Below are positions 26,286-41,800 of a stretch of 64,000 nt of DNA, one piece after another (position 1 is the first letter of the stretch; each line of letters opens with the position of its first letter). The translations under genes were made by a program, and so were the position numbers. This stretch comes from Auanema rhodensis (Eukaryota > Animalia > Nematoda). The stretch lies in NCBI GenBank assembly GCA_964057225.1, contig OZ059900.1, positions 22,258,001-22,322,000 of the forward strand, read 5' to 3'. The notes under the pieces were generated by a model. The model saw only the letters and a program-made list of their open reading frames with translations. It ran no database searches and was not told where the DNA came from.

Positions 26286-27629
26286 AATGTTTTGACTTAC
26301 GATTTCATGTGTTCAAACTCATGCAATGTCAATGAAACCTGGCTCAAAATTGTTCGTACAACGTCTAGTTCCACTTTCACGACAAAAAAACAGGGGTTAG
26401 AAAATTAAGGAAATTAGCATATTCTGAGGGCACGCCCCTTATGGCTAATATTGATTAAATCGATTTTTGTTCATATGAGTCGTCAAATGCAACGAATTTC
26501 AGCGTGTTACATACTAAAATGAATCATTTTACATGCTGAACACTAGAAAAATACAAAAACACAGTATTTCCCATGAGAAATATTTTATTATGCTGGAAAA
26601 CCAGTTTTTGGAAATTTCGCTGTAAACAAGGTTTTGACTTACGATTTCATGTGTTCAAACTCATGCAATGTCAATGAAACCTAGCTGAAAATTGTTCGTA
26701 CAACGTCTAGTTCCACTTTCACGACAAAAAAACAGGGGTTAGAAAATTAAGGAAATTAGCATATTCTGAGGGCACGCCCCTTATGGCTAATATTGATTAA
26801 ATCGATTTTTGTTCATATGAGTCGTCAAATTCAACGAATTTCAGCGTGTTACATACTAAAATGAATCATTTTACATGCTGAACACTAGAAAAATACAAAA
26901 ACACAGTATTTCCCATGAGAAATATTTTATTATGCTGGAAAACCAGTTTTTCGAAATTTCGCTGTTAACAAGGTTTTGACTTACGATTTCATGTGTTCAA
27001 ACTCATGCAATGTCAATGAAACCTAGTTCAAAATTGTTCGTACAACGTCTAGTTCCACTTTCACGACAAAAAAACAGGGGTTAGAAAATTAAGGAAATTA
27101 GCATATTCTGAGGGCACGCCCCTTATGGCTAATATTGATTAAATCGATTTTTGTTCATATGAGTCGTCAAATGCAACAAATTTCAGCGTATTACATACTG
27201 AAATGAAGCATTTTACATGCTGAACACTAGAAAAATACAAAAACACAGTATTTCTCATGAGAAATATTTTATTATGCTGGAAAACCAGTTTTTGGAAATT
27301 TCGCTGTAAACGAGGTTTTGACTTACGATTTCATGTGTTCAAACTCATGCAATGTCAATGAAACCTAGCTCAAAATTGTTCGTACAACGTCTAGTTCCAC
27401 TTTCACGACAAAAAAACAGGGGTTAGAAAATTAAGGAAATTAGCATATTCTGAGGGCACGCCCCTTATGGCTAATATTGATTAAATCGATTTTTGTTCAT
27501 ATGAGTCGTCAAATGCAACGAATTTCAGCGTGTTACATACTAAAATGAAGCATTTTACATGCTGAACACTAGAAAAATACAAAAACACAGTATTTCTCAT
27601 GAGAAATATTTTATTATGCTGGAAAACCA

Positions 27630-30600
27630 GTTTTTGGAAATTTCGCTGTAAACAAGGTTTTGACTTACGATTTCATGTGTTCAAACTCATGCAATGTCAA
27701 TGAAACCTAGCTCAAAATTGTTCGTACAACGTCTAGTTCCACTTTCACGACAAAAAAACAGGGGTTAGAAAATTAAGGAAATTAGCATATTCTGAGGGCA
27801 CGCCCCTTATGGCTAATATTGATTAAATCGATTTTTGTTCATGTGAGTCGTCAAATGCAACGAATTTCAGCGTGTTACATACTAAAATGAAGCATTTTAC
27901 ATGCTGAACACTAGAAAAATACAAAAACACAGTATTTCCCATGAGAAATATTTTATTATGCTGGAAAACTAGTTTTTGGAAATTTCGCTGTAAACAATGT
28001 TTTGACTTACGATTTTATGTGTTCAAACTCATGCAATGTCAATGAAACCTGGCTCAAAATTGTTCGTACAACGTCTAGTTCCACTTTCACGACAAAAAAA
28101 CAGGGGTTAGAAAATTAAGGAAATTAGCATATTCTGAGGGCACGCCCCTTATGGCTAATATTGATTAAATCGATTTTTGTTCATATGAGTCGTCAAATGC
28201 AACGAATTTCAGCGTGTTACATACTAAAATGAATCATTTTACATGCTGAACACTAGAAAAATACAAAAACACAGTATTTCCCATGAGAAATATTTTATTA
28301 TGCTGGAAAACCAGTTTTTGGAAATTTCGCTGTAAACAAGGTTTTGACTTACGATTTCATGTGTTCAAACTCATGCAATGTCAATGAAACCTAGCTCAAA
28401 ATTGTTCGTACAACGTCTAGTTCCACTTTCACGACAAAAAAACAGGGGTTAGAAAATTAAGGAAATTAGCATATTCTGAGGGCACGCCCCTTATGGCTAA
28501 TATTGATTAAATCGATTTTTGTTCATATGAGTCGTCAAATGCAACGAATTTCAGCGTGTTACATACTAAAATGAAGCATTTTACATGCTGAATACTTGAA
28601 AAATACAAAAACACAGTATTTCCCATGAGAAATATTTTATTATGCTGGAAAACCAGTTTTTGGAAATTTCGCTGTAAACAAGGTTTTGACTTACGATTTC
28701 ATGTGTTCAAACTCATGCAATGTCAATGAAACCTAGCTCAAAATTGTTCGTACAACGTCTAGTTCCACTTTCACGACAAAAAAAACAGGGGTTAGAAAAT
28801 TAAGGAAATTAGCATATTCTGAGGGCACGCCCCTTATGGCTAATATTGATTAAATCGATTTTTGTTCATATGAGTCGTCAAATGCAACGAATTTCAGCGT
28901 GTTACATACTAAAATGAAGCATTTCACATGCTGAACACTAAAAAAATACAAAAACACAGTATTTCCCATGAGAAATATTTTATTATGCTGGAAAACCAGT
29001 TTTTGGAAATTTCGCTGTAAACAAGGTTTTGACTTACGATTTCATGTGTTCAAACTCATGCAATGTCAATGAAACCTAGCTCAAAATTGTTCGTACAACG
29101 TCTAGTTCCACTTTCACGACAAAAAAACAGGGGTTAGAAAATTAAGGAAATTAGCATATTCTGAGGGCACGCCCCTTATGGCTAATATTGATTAAATCGA
29201 TTTTTGTTCATATGAGTCGTCAAATGCGACGAATTTCAGCGTGTTACATACTAAAATGAAGCATTTCACATGCTGAACACTAGAAAAATACAAAAACACA
29301 GTATTTTCCATGAGAAATATTTTATTATGCTGGAAAACCAGTTTTTGGAAATTTCGCTGTAAACAAGGTTTTGACTTACGATTTCATGTGTTCAAACTCA
29401 TGCAATGTCAATGAAACCTAGCTCAAAATTGTTCGTACAACGTCTAGTTCCACTTTCACGACAAAAAAACAGGGGTTAGAAAATCAAGGAAATTAGCATA
29501 TTCTGAGGGCACGCCCCTTATGGCTAATATTGATTAAATCGATTTTTGTTCATATGAGTCGTCAAATGCAACGAATTTCAGCGTGTTACATACTAAAATG
29601 AAGCATTTTACATGCTGAACACTAGAAAAATACAAAAACACAGTATTTCCCATGAGAAATATTTTATTATGCTGGAAAACCAGTTTTTGGAAATTTCGCT
29701 GTAAACAATGTTTTGACTTACGATTTCATGTGTTCAAACTCATGCAATGTCAATGAAACCTGGCTCAAAATTGTTCGTACAACGTCTAGTTCCACTTTCA
29801 CGACAAAAAAACAGGGGTTAGAAAATTAAGGAAATTAGCATATTCTGAGGGCACGCCACTTATGGCTAATATTGATTAAATCGATTTTTGTTCATATGAG
29901 TCGTCAAATGCAACGAATTTCAGCGTGTTACAAACTAAAATGAAGCATTTTACATGCTGAACACTAGAAAAATACAAAAACACAGTATTTCCCATGAGAA
30001 ATATTTTATTATGCTGGAAAACCAGTTTTTGGAAATTTCGCTGTAAACAATGTTTTGACTTACGATTTCATGTGTTCAAACTCATGCAATGTCAATGAAA
30101 CCTAGCTGAAAATTGTTCGTACAACGTCTAGTTCCACTTTCACGACAAAAAAACAGGGGTTAGAAAATTAAGGAAATTAGCATATTCTGAGGGCACGCCC
30201 CTTATGGCTAATATTGATTAAATCGATTTTTGTTCATATGAGTCGTCAAATTCAACGAATTTCAGCGTGTTACATACTAAAATGAATCATTTTACATGCT
30301 GAACACTAGAAAAATACAAAAACACAGTATTTCCCATGAGAAATATTTTATTATGCTGGAAAACCAGTTTTTCGAAATTTCGCTGTAAACAAGGTTTTGA
30401 CTTACGATTTCATGTGTTCAAACTCATGCAATGTCAATGAAACCTAGCTCAAAATTGTTCGTACAACGTCTAGTTCCACTTTCACGACAAAAAAACAGGG
30501 GTTAGAAAATTAAGGAAATTAGCATATTCTGAGGGCACGCCCCTTATGGCTAATATTGATTAAATCGATTTTTGTTCATATGAGTCGTCAAATGCAACGA

Positions 30601-33600
30601 ATTTCAGCGTGTTACATACTAAAATGAAGCATTTTACATGCTGAATACTTGAAAAATACAAAAACACAGTATTTCCCATGAGAAATATTTTATTATGCTG
30701 GAAAAAAAGTTTTTGGAAATTTCGCTGTAAACAAGGTTTTGACTTACGATTTCATGTGTTCAAACTCATGCAATGTCAATGAAACCTAGCTCAAAATTGT
30801 TCGTACAACGTCTAGTTCCACTTTCACGACAAAAAAACAGGGGTTAGAAAATTAAGGAAATTAGCATATTCTGAGGGCACGCCCCTTATGGCTAATATTG
30901 ATTAAATCGATTTTTGTTCATGTGAGTCGTCAAATGCAACGAATTTCAGCGTGTTACATACTAAAATGAAGCATTTTACATGCTGAACACTAGAAAAATA
31001 CAAAAACACAGTATTTCCCATGAGAAATATTTTATTATGCTGGAAAACTAGTTTTTGGAAATTTCGCTGTAAACAATGTTTTGACTTACGATTTTATGTG
31101 TTCAAACTCATGCAATGTCAATGAAACCTGGCTCAAAATTGTTCGTACAACGTCTAGTTCCACTTTCACGACAAAAAAACAGGGGTTAGAAAATTAAGGA
31201 AATTAGCATATTCTGAGGGCACGCCCCTTATGGCTAATATTGATTAAATCGATTTTTGTTCATATGAGTCGTCAAATGCAACGAATTTCAGCGTGTTACA
31301 TACTAAAATGAATCATTTTACATGCTGAACACTAGAAAAATACAAAAACACAGTATTTCCCATGAGAAATATTTTATTATGCTGGAAAACCAGTTTTTGG
31401 AAATTTCGCTGTAAACAAGGTTTTGACTTACGATTTCATGTGTTCAAACTCATGCAATGTCAATGAAACCTAGCTCAAAATTGTTCGTACAACGTCTAGT
31501 TCCACTTTCACGACAAAAAAACAGGGGTTAGAAAATTAAGGAAATTAGCATATTCTGAGGGCACGCCCCTTATGGCTAATATTGATTAAATCGATTTTTG
31601 TTCATATGAGTCGTCAAATGCAACGAATTTGAGCGTGTTACATACTAAAATGAAGCATTTTACATGCTGAATACTTGAAAAATACAAAAACACAGTATTT
31701 CCCATGAGAAATATTTTATTATGCTGGAAAACCAGTTTTTGGAAATTTCGCTGTAAACAAGGTTTTGACTTACGATTTCATGTGTTCAAACTCATGCAAT
31801 GTCAATGAAACCTAGCTCAAAATTGTTCGTACAACGTCTAGTTCCACTTTCACGACAAAAAAAACAGGGGTTAGAAAATTAAGGAAATTAGCATATTCTG
31901 AGGGCACGCCCCTTATGGCTAATATTGATTAAATCGATTTTTGTTCATATGAGTCGTCAAATGCAACGAATTTCAGCGTGTTACATACTAAAATGAAGCA
32001 TTTCACATGCTGAACACTAAAAAAATACAAAAACACAGTATTTCCCATGAGAAATATTTTATTATGCTGGAAAACCAGTTTTTGGAAATTTCGCTGTAAA
32101 CAAGGTTTTGACTTACGATTTCATGTGTTCAAACTCATGCAATGTCAATGAAACCTAGCTCAAAATTGTTCGTACAACGTCTAGTTCCACTTTCACGACA
32201 AAAAAACAGGGGTTAGAAAATTAAGGAAATTAGCATATTCTGAGGGCACGCCCCTTATGGCTAATATTGATTAAATCGATTTTTGTTCATATGAGTCGTC
32301 AAATGCGACGAATTTCAGCGTGTTACATACTAAAATGAAGCATTTCACATGCTGAACACTAGAAAAATACAAAAACACAGTATTTTCCATGAGAAATATT
32401 TTATTATGCTGGAAAACCAGTTTTTGGAAATTTCGCTGTAAACAAGGTTTTGACTTACGATTTCATGTGTTCAAACTCATGCAATGTCAATGAAACCTAG
32501 CTCAAAATTGTTCGTACAACGTCTAGTTCCACTTTCACGACAAAAAAACAGGGGTTAGAAAATCAAGGAAATTAGCATATTCTGAGGGCACGCCCCTTAT
32601 GGCTAATATTGATTAAATCGATTTTTGTTCATATGAGTCGTCAAATGCAACGAATTTCAGCGTGTTACATACTAAAATGAAGCATTTTACATGCTGAACA
32701 CTAGAAAAATACAAAAACACAGTATTTCCCATGAGAAATATTTTATTATGCTGGAAAACCAGTTTTTGGAAATTTCGCTGTAAACAATGTTTTGACTTAC
32801 GATTTCATGTGTTCAAACTCATGCAATGTCAATGAAACCTGGCTCAAAATTGTTCGTACAACGTCTAGTTCCACTTTCACGACAAAAAAACAGGGGTTAG
32901 AAAATTAAGGAAATTAGCATATTCTGAGGGCACGCCACTTATGGCTAATATTGATTAAATCGATTTTTGTTCATATGAGTCGTCAAATGCAACGAATTTC
33001 AGCGTGTTACAAACTAAAATGAAGCATTTTACATGCTGAACACTAGAAAAATACAAAAACACAGTATTTCCCATGAGAAATATTTTATTATGCTGGAAAA
33101 CCAGTTTTTGGAAATTTCGCTGTAAACAATGTTTTGACTTACGATTTCATGTGTTCAAACTCATGCAATGTCAATGAAACCTAGCTGAAAATTGTTCGTA
33201 CAACGTCTAGTTCCACTTTCACGACAAAAAAACAGGGGTTAGAAAATTAAGGAAATTAGCATATTCTGAGGGCACGCCCCTTATGGCTAATATTGATTAA
33301 ATCGATTTTTGTTCATATGAGTCGTCAAATTCAACGAATTTCAGCGTGTTACATACTAAAATGAATCATTTTACATGCTGAACACTAGAAAAATACAAAA
33401 ACACAGTATTTCCCATGAGAAATATTTTATTATGCTGGAAAACCAGTTTTTCGAAATTTCGCTGTAAACAAGGTTTTGACTTACGATTTCATGTGTTCAA
33501 ACTCATGCAATGTCAATGAAACCTAGCTCAAAATTGTTCGTACAACGTCTAGTTCCACTTTCACGACAAAAAAACAGGGGTTAGAAAATTAAGGAAATTA

Positions 33601-33910
33601 GCATATTCTGAGGGCACGCCCCTTATGGCTAATATTGATTAAATCGATTTTTGTTCATATGAGTCGTCAAATGCAACGAATTTCAGCGTGTTACATACTA
33701 AAATGAAGCATTTTACATGCTGAATACTTGAAAAATACAAAAACACAGTATTTCCCATGAGAAATATTTTATTATGCTGGAAAAAAAGTTTTTGGAAATT
33801 TCGCTGTAAACAAGGTTTTGACTTACGATTTCATGTGTTCAAACTCATGCAATGTCAATGAAACCTAGCTCAAAATTGTTCGTACAACGTCTAGTTCCAC
33901 TTTCACGACA
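27630..33910 (+). repeat. 9-monomer HOR (3079 bp), two tandem copies
   Basis: CATGTGAG 27843/30922 and GAAAAAAAGT 30701/33780 share offset 3079 = 9x342+1. Confidence 0.85.
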
Positions 33911-36158
33911 AAAAAAACAGGGGTTAGAAAATTAAGGAAATTAGCATATTCTGAGGGCACGCCCCTTATGGCTAATATTGATTAAATCGATTTTTGTTCA
34001 TATGAGTCGTCAAATGCAACAAATTTCAGCGTGTTACATACTGAAATGAAGCATTTTACATGCTGAACACTAGAAAAATACAAAAACACAGTATTTCTCA
34101 TGAGAAATATTTTATTATGCTGGAAAACCAGTTTTTGGAAATTTCGCTGTAAACAAGGTTTTGACTTACGATTTCATGTGTTCAAACTCATGCAATGTCA
34201 ATGAAACCTAGCTCAAAATTGTTCGTACAACGTCTAGTTCCACTTTCACGACAAAAAAACAGGGGTTAGAAAATTAAGGAAATTAGCATATTCTGAGGGC
34301 ACGCCCCTTATGGCTAATATTGATTAAATCGATTTTTGTTCATATGAGTCGTCAAATGCAACGAATTTCAGCGTGTTACATACTAAAATGAAGCATTTTA
34401 CATGCTGAACACTAGAAAAATACAAAAACACAGTATTTCTCATGAGAAATATTTTATTATGCTGGAAAACCAGTTTTTGGAAATTTCGCTGTAAACAAGG
34501 TTTTGACTTACGATTTCATGTGTTCAAACTCATGCAATGTCAATGAAACCTAGCTCAAAATTGTTCGTACAACGTCTAGTTCCACTTTCACGACAAAAAA
34601 ACAGGGGTTAGAAAATTAAGGAAATTAGCATATTCTGAGGGCACGCCCCTTATGGCTAATATTGATTAAATCGATTTTTGTTCATATGAGTCGTCAAATG
34701 CAACGAATTTCAGCGTGTTACATACTAAAATGAATCATTTTACATGCTGAACACTAGAAAAATACAAAAACACAGTATTTCCCATGAGAAATATTTTATT
34801 ATGCTGGAAAACCAGTTTTTGGAAATTTCGCTGTAAACAAGGTTTTGACTTACGATTTCATGTGTTCAAACTCATGCAATGTCAATGAAACCTAGCTCAA
34901 AATTGTTCGTACAACGTCTAGTTCCACTTTCACGACAAAAAAACAGGGGTTAGAAAATTAAGGAAATTAGCATATTCTGAGGGCACGCCCCTTATGGCTA
35001 ATATTGATTAAATCGATTTTTGTTCATATGAGTCGTCAAATGCAACGAATTTCAGCGTGTTACATACTAAAATGAAGTATTTTACATGCTGAACACTAGA
35101 AAAATACAAAAACACAGTATTTCCCATGAGAAATATTTTATTATGCTGGAAAACCAGTTTTTGGAATTTTCGCTGTAAACAAGGTTTTGACTTACGATTT
35201 CATGTGTTCAAACTCATGCAATGTCAATGAAACCTAGCTCAAAATTGTTCGTACAACGTCTAGTTCCACTTTCACGACAAAAAAACAGGGGTTAGAAAAT
35301 TAAGGAAATTAGCATATTCTGAGGGCACGCCCCTTATGGCTAATATTGATTAAATCGATTTTTGTTCATATGAGTCGTCAAATGCAACGAATTTCAGCGT
35401 GTTACATACTAAAATGAAGCATTTTACATGCTGAATACTTGAAAAATACAAAAACACAGTATTTCCCATGAGAAATATTTTATTATGCTGGAAAACCAGT
35501 TTTTGGAAATTTCGCTGTAAACAAGGTTTTGACTTACGATTTCATGTGTTCAAACTCATGCAATGTCAATGAAACCTAGCTCAAAATTGTTCGTACAACG
35601 TCTAGTTCCACTTTCACGACAAAAAAAACAGGGGTTAGAAAATTAAGGAAATTAGCATATTCTGAGGGCACGCCCCTTATGGCTAATATTGATTAAATCG
35701 ATTTTTGTTCATATGAGTCGTCAAATGCAACGAATTTCAGCGTGTTACATACTAAAATGAAGCATTTTACATGCTGAACACTAGAAAAATACAAAAACAC
35801 AGTATTTCTCATGAGAAATATTTTATTATGCTGGAAAACCAGTTTTTGGAAATTTCGCTGTAAACAAGGTTTTGACTTACGATTTCATGTGTTCAAACTC
35901 ATGCAATGTCAATGAAACCTAGCTCAAAATTGTTCGTACAACGTCTAGTTCCACTTTCACGACAAAAAAACAGGGGTTAGAAAATTAAGGAAATTAGCAT
36001 ATTCTGAGGGCACGCCCCTTATGGCTAATATTGATTAAATCGATTTTTGTTCATATGAGTCGTCAAATGCAACGAATTTCAGCGTGTTACATACTAAAAT
36101 GAAACATTTTACATGCTGAACACTAGAAAAATACAAAAACACAGTATTTCCCATGAGA

Positions 36159-36243
36159 AATATTTTATTATGCTGGAAAACCAGTTTTTGGAAATTTCGC
36201 GAATATTTTATTATGCTGGAAAACCAGTTTTTGGAAATTTCGC
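36159..36243 (+). repeat. Intra-monomer 42-bp tandem duplication plus 1 extra G (385-bp monomer)
   Basis: AATATTTTATTATGCTGGAAAACCAGTTTTTGGAAATTTCGC at 36159-36200 and 36202-36243; CACTA landmark spacing 36121 to 36506 = 385. Confidence 0.93.
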
Positions 36244-37599
36244 TGTAAACAAGGTTTTGACTTACGATTTCATGTGTTCAAACTCATGCAATGTCAATGA
36301 AACCTAACTCAGAATTGTTCGTACAACGTCTAGTTCCACTTTCACGACAAAAAAACAGGGGTTAGAAAATTAAGGAAATTAGCATATTCTGAGGGCACGC
36401 CCCTTATGGCTAATATTGATTAAATCGATTTTTGTTCATATGAGTCGTCAAATGCAACGAATTTCAGCGTGTTACATACTAAAATGAAGCATTTCACATG
36501 CTGAACACTAAAAAAATACAAAAACACAGTATTTCCCATGAGAAATATTTTATTATGCTGGAAAACCAGTTTTTGGAAATTTCGCTGTAAACAAGGTTTT
36601 GACTTACGATTTCATGTGTTCAAACTCATGCAATGTCAATGAAACCTAGCTCAAAATTGTTCGTACAACGTCTAGTTCCACTTTCACGACAAAAAAACAG
36701 GGGTTAGAAAATTAAGGAAATTAGCATATTCTGAGGGCACGCCCCTTATGGCTAATATTGATTAAATCGATTTTTGTTCATATGAGTCGTCAAATGCAAC
36801 GAATTTCAGCGTGTTACATACTAAAATGAAGCATTTCACATGCTGAACACTAGAAAAGTACAAAAACACAGTATTTCCCATGAGAAATATTTTATTATGC
36901 TGGAAAACCAGTTTTTGAAAATTTCGCTGTAAACAAGGTTTTGACTTACGATTTCATGTGTTCAAACTCATGCAATGTCAATGAAACCTAGCTCAAAATT
37001 GTTCGTACAACGTCTAGTTCCACTTTCACGACAAAAAAACAGGGGTTAGAAAATTAAGGAAATTAGCATATTCTGAGGGCACGCCCCTTATGGCTAATAT
37101 TGATTAAATCGATTTTTGTTCATATGAGTCGTCAAATGCAACGAATTTCAGCGTGTTACATACTAAAATGAAGCATTTTACATGCTGAACACTAGAAAAA
37201 TACAAAAACACAGTATTTCTCATGAGAAATATTTTATTATGCTGGAAAACCAGTTTTTGGAAATTTCGCTGTAAACAAGGTTTTGACTTACGATTTCATG
37301 TGTTCAAACTCATGCAATGTCAATGAAACCTAGCTCAAAATTGTTCGTACAACGTCTAGTTCCACTTTCACGACAAAAAAACAGGGGTTAGAAAATTAAG
37401 GAAATTAGCATATTCTGAGGGCACGCCCCTTATGGCTAATATTGATTAAATCGATTTTTGTTCATATGAGTCGTCAAATGCAACGAATTTCAGCGTGTTA
37501 CATACTAAAATGAAGCATTTTACATGCTGAACACTAGAAAAATACAAAAACACAGTATTTCCCATGAGAAATATTTTATTATGCTGGAAAACCAGTTTT

Positions 37600-38740
37600 T
37601 GGAAATTTCGCTGTAAACAAGGTTTTGACTTATGATTTCATGTGTTAAAACTCATGCAATGTCAATGAAACCTAGCTCAAAATTGTTCGTACAACGTCTA
37701 GTTCCACTTTCACGACAAAAAACTGGGGTTAGAAAATCAAGGAAATTAGCATATTCTGAGGGCACGCCCCTTATGGCTAATATTGATTAAATCGATTTTT
37801 GTTCATATGAGTCGTCAAATGCAACGAATTTCAGCGTGTTACATACTAAAATGAAGCATTTTACATGCTGAACACTAGAAAAATACAAAAACACAGTATT
37901 TCCCATGAGAAATATTTTATTATGCTGGAAAACCAGTTTTTGGAAATTTCGCTGTAAACAATGTTTTGACTTACGATTTCATGTGTTCAAACTCATGCAA
38001 TGTCAATGAAACCTGGCTCAAAATTGTTCGTACAACGTCTAGTTCCACTTTCACGACAAAAAAAAGGGGTTAGAAAATTAAGGAAATTAGCATATTCTGA
38101 GGGCACGCCCCTTATGGCTAATATTGATTAAATCGATTTTTGTTCATATGAGTCGTCAAATGCAACGAATTTCAGCGTGTTACATACTAAAATGAAACAT
38201 TTTACATGCTGAACACTAGAAAAATACAAAAACACAGTATTTCCCATGAGAAATATTTTATTATGCTGGAAAACCAGTTTTTGGAAATTTCGCTGTAAAC
38301 AAGGTTTTGACTTATGATTTCATGTGTTAAAACTCATGCAATGTCAATGAAACCTAGCTCAAAATTGTTCGTACAACGTCTAGTTCCACTTTCACGACAA
38401 AAAACTGGGGTTAGAAAATCAAGGAAATTAGCATATTCTGAGGGCACGCCCCTTATGGCTAATATTGATTAAATCGATTTTTGTTCATATGAGTCGTCAA
38501 ATGCAACGAATTTCAGCGTGTTACATACTAAAATGAAGCATTTTACATGCTGAACACTAGAAAAATACAAAAACACAGTATTTCCCATGAGAAATATTTT
38601 ATTATGCTGGAAAACCAGTTTTTGGAAATTTCGCTGTAAACAATGTTTTGACTTACGATTTCATGTGTTCAAACTCATGCAATGTCAATGAAACCTGGCT
38701 CAAAATTGTTCGTACAACGTCTAGTTCCACTTTCACGACA
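37600..38740 (+). repeat. 2-monomer duplication (682 bp)
   Basis: AACTGGGG...AAATCAAGG haplotype at 37724 and 38406. Confidence 0.75.
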
Positions 38741-38879
38741 AAAAAACAGGGGTTAGAAAATTAAGGAAATTAGCATATTCTGAGGGCACGCCCCTTATGG
38801 CTAATATTGATTAAATCGATTTTTGTTCATATGAGTCGTCAAATGCAACGAATTTCAGCGTGTTACATACTAAAATGAA

Positions 38880-41800
38880 TCATTTTACATGCTGAACACT
38901 AGAAAAATACAAAAACACAGTATTTCCCATGAGAAATATTTTATTATGCTGGAAAACCAGTTTTTGGAAATTTCGCTGTAAACAAGGTTTTGACTTACGA
39001 TTTCATGTGTTCAAACTCATGCAATGTCAATGAAACCTAGCTCAAAATTGTTCGTACAACGTCTAGTTCCACTTTCACGACAAAAAAACAGGGGTTAGAA
39101 AATTAAGGAAATTAGCATATTCTGAGGGCACGCCCCTTATGGCTAATATTGATTAAATCGATTTTTGTTCATATGAGTCGTCAAATGCAACAAATTTCAG
39201 CGTGTTACATACTGAAATGAAGCATTTTACATGCTGAACACTAGAAAAATACAAAAACACAGTATTTCTCATGAGAAATATTTTATTATGCTGGAAAACC
39301 AGTTTTTGGAAATTTCGCTGTAAACAAGGTTTTGACTTACGATTTCATGTGTTCAAACTCATGCAATGTCAATGAAACCTAACTCAAAATTGTTCGTACA
39401 ACGTCTAGTTCCACTTTCACGACAAAAAAACAGGGGTTAGAAAATTAAGGAAATTAGCATATTCTGAGGGCACGCCCCTTATGGCTAATATTGATTAAAT
39501 CGATTTTTGTTCATATGAGTCGTCAAATGCAACGAATTTCAGCGTGTTACATACTAAAATGAAGCATTTCACATGCTGAACACTAGAAAAATACAAAAAC
39601 ACAGTATTTCCCATGAGAAATATTTTATTATGCTGGAAAACCAGTTTTTGGAAATTTCGCTGTAAACAAGGTTTTGACTTACGATTTCATGTGTTCAAAC
39701 TCATGCAATGTCAATGAAACCTAGCTCAAAATTGTTCGTACAACGTCTAGTTCCACTTTCACGACAAAAAAACAGGGGTTAGAAAATTAAGGAAATTAGC
39801 ATATTCTGAGGGCACGCCCCTTATGGCTAATATTGATTAAATCGATTTTTGTTCATATGAGTCGTCAAATGCAACGAATTTCAGCGTGTTACATACTAAA
39901 ATGAAGCATTTTACATGCTGAATACTTGAAAAATACAAAAACACAGTATTTCCCATGAGAAATATTTTATTATGCTGGAAAACCAGTTTTTGGAAATTTC
40001 GCTGTAAACAAGGTTTTGACTTACGATTTCATGTGTTCAAACTCATGCAATGTCAATGAAACCTAGCTCAAAATTGTTCGTACAACGTCTAGTTCCACTT
40101 TCACGACAAAAAAAACAGGGGTTAGAAAATTAAGGAAATTAGCATATTCTGAGGGCACGCCCCTTATGGCTAATATTGATTAAATCGATTTTTGTTCATA
40201 TGAGTCGTCAAATGCAACGAATTTCAGCGTGTTACATACTAAAATGAAGCATTTCACATGCTGAACACTAAAAAAATACAAAAACACAGTATTTCCCATG
40301 AGAAATATTTTATTATGCTGGAAAACCAGTTTTTGGAAATTTCGCTGTAAACAAGGTTTTGACTTACGATTTCATGTGTTCAAACTCATGCAATGTCAAT
40401 GAAACCTAGCTCAAAATTGTTCGTACAACGTCTAGTTCCACTTTCACGACAAAAAAACAGGGGTTAGAAAATTAAGGAAATTAGCATATTCTGAGGGCAC
40501 GCCCCTTATGGCTAATATTGATTAAATCGATTTTTGTTCATATGAGTCGTCAAATGCAACGAATTTCAGCGTGTTACATACTAAAATGAATCATTTTACA
40601 TGCTGAACACTAGAAAAATACAAAAACACAGTATTTCCCATGAGAAATATTTTATTATGCTGGAAAACCAGTTTTTGGAAATTTCGCTGTAAACAAGGTT
40701 TTGACTTACGATTTCATGTGTTCAAACTCATGCAATGTCAATGAAACCTAGCTCAAAATTGTTCGTACAACGTCTAGTTCCACTTTCACGACAAAAAAAC
40801 AGGGGTTAGAAAATTAAGGAAATTAGCATATTCTGAGGGCACGCCCCTTATGGCTAATATTGATTAAATCGATTTTTGTTCATATGAGTCGTCAAATGCA
40901 ACAAGTTTCAGCGTGTTACATACTGAAATGAAGCATTTTACATGCTGAACACTAGAAAAATACAAAAACACAGTATTTCTCATGAGAAATATTTTATTAT
41001 GCTGGAAAACCAGTTTTTGGAAATTTCGCTGTAAACAAGGTTTTGACTTACGATTTCATGTGTTCAAACTCATGCAATGTCAATGAAACCTAACTCAAAA
41101 TTGTTCGTACAACGTCTAGTTCCACTTTCACGACAAAAAAACAGGGGTTAGAAAATTAAGGAAATTAGCATATTCTGAGGGCACGCCCCTTATGGCTAAT
41201 ATTGATTAAATCGATTTTTGTTCATATGAGTCGTCAAATGCAACGAATTTCAGCGTGTTACATACTAAAATGAAGCATTTCACATGCTGAACACTAGAAA
41301 AATACAAAAACACAGTATTTCCCATGAGAAATATTTTATTATGCTGGAAAACCAGTTTTTGGAAATTTCGCTGTAAACAAGGTTTTGACTTACGATTTCA
41401 TGTGTTCAAACTCATGCAATGTCAATGAAACCTAGCTCAAAATTGTTCGTACAACGTCTAGTTCCACTTTCACGACAAAAAAACAGGGGTTAGAAAATTA
41501 AGGAAATTAGCATATTCTGAGGGCACGCCCCTTATGGCTAATATTGATTAAATCGATTTTTGTTCATATGAGTCGTCAAATGCAACGAATTTCAGCGTGT
41601 TACATACTAAAATGAAGCATTTTACATGCTGAACACTAGAAAAAAACAAAAGCACAGTATTTCCCATGAGAAATATTTTATTATGCTGGAAAACCAGTTT
41701 TTGGAAATTTCGCTGTAAACAAAGTTTTGACTTACGATTTCATGTGTTCAAACTCATGCAATGTCAATGAAACCTAGCTCAAAATTGTTCGTACAACGTC

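Noticed and set aside
36113-36307. 64-aa ORF (+)
   Set aside because: It exists only because the 43-bp duplication fuses two satellite reading frames. It has no coding context and is absent from other monomers.
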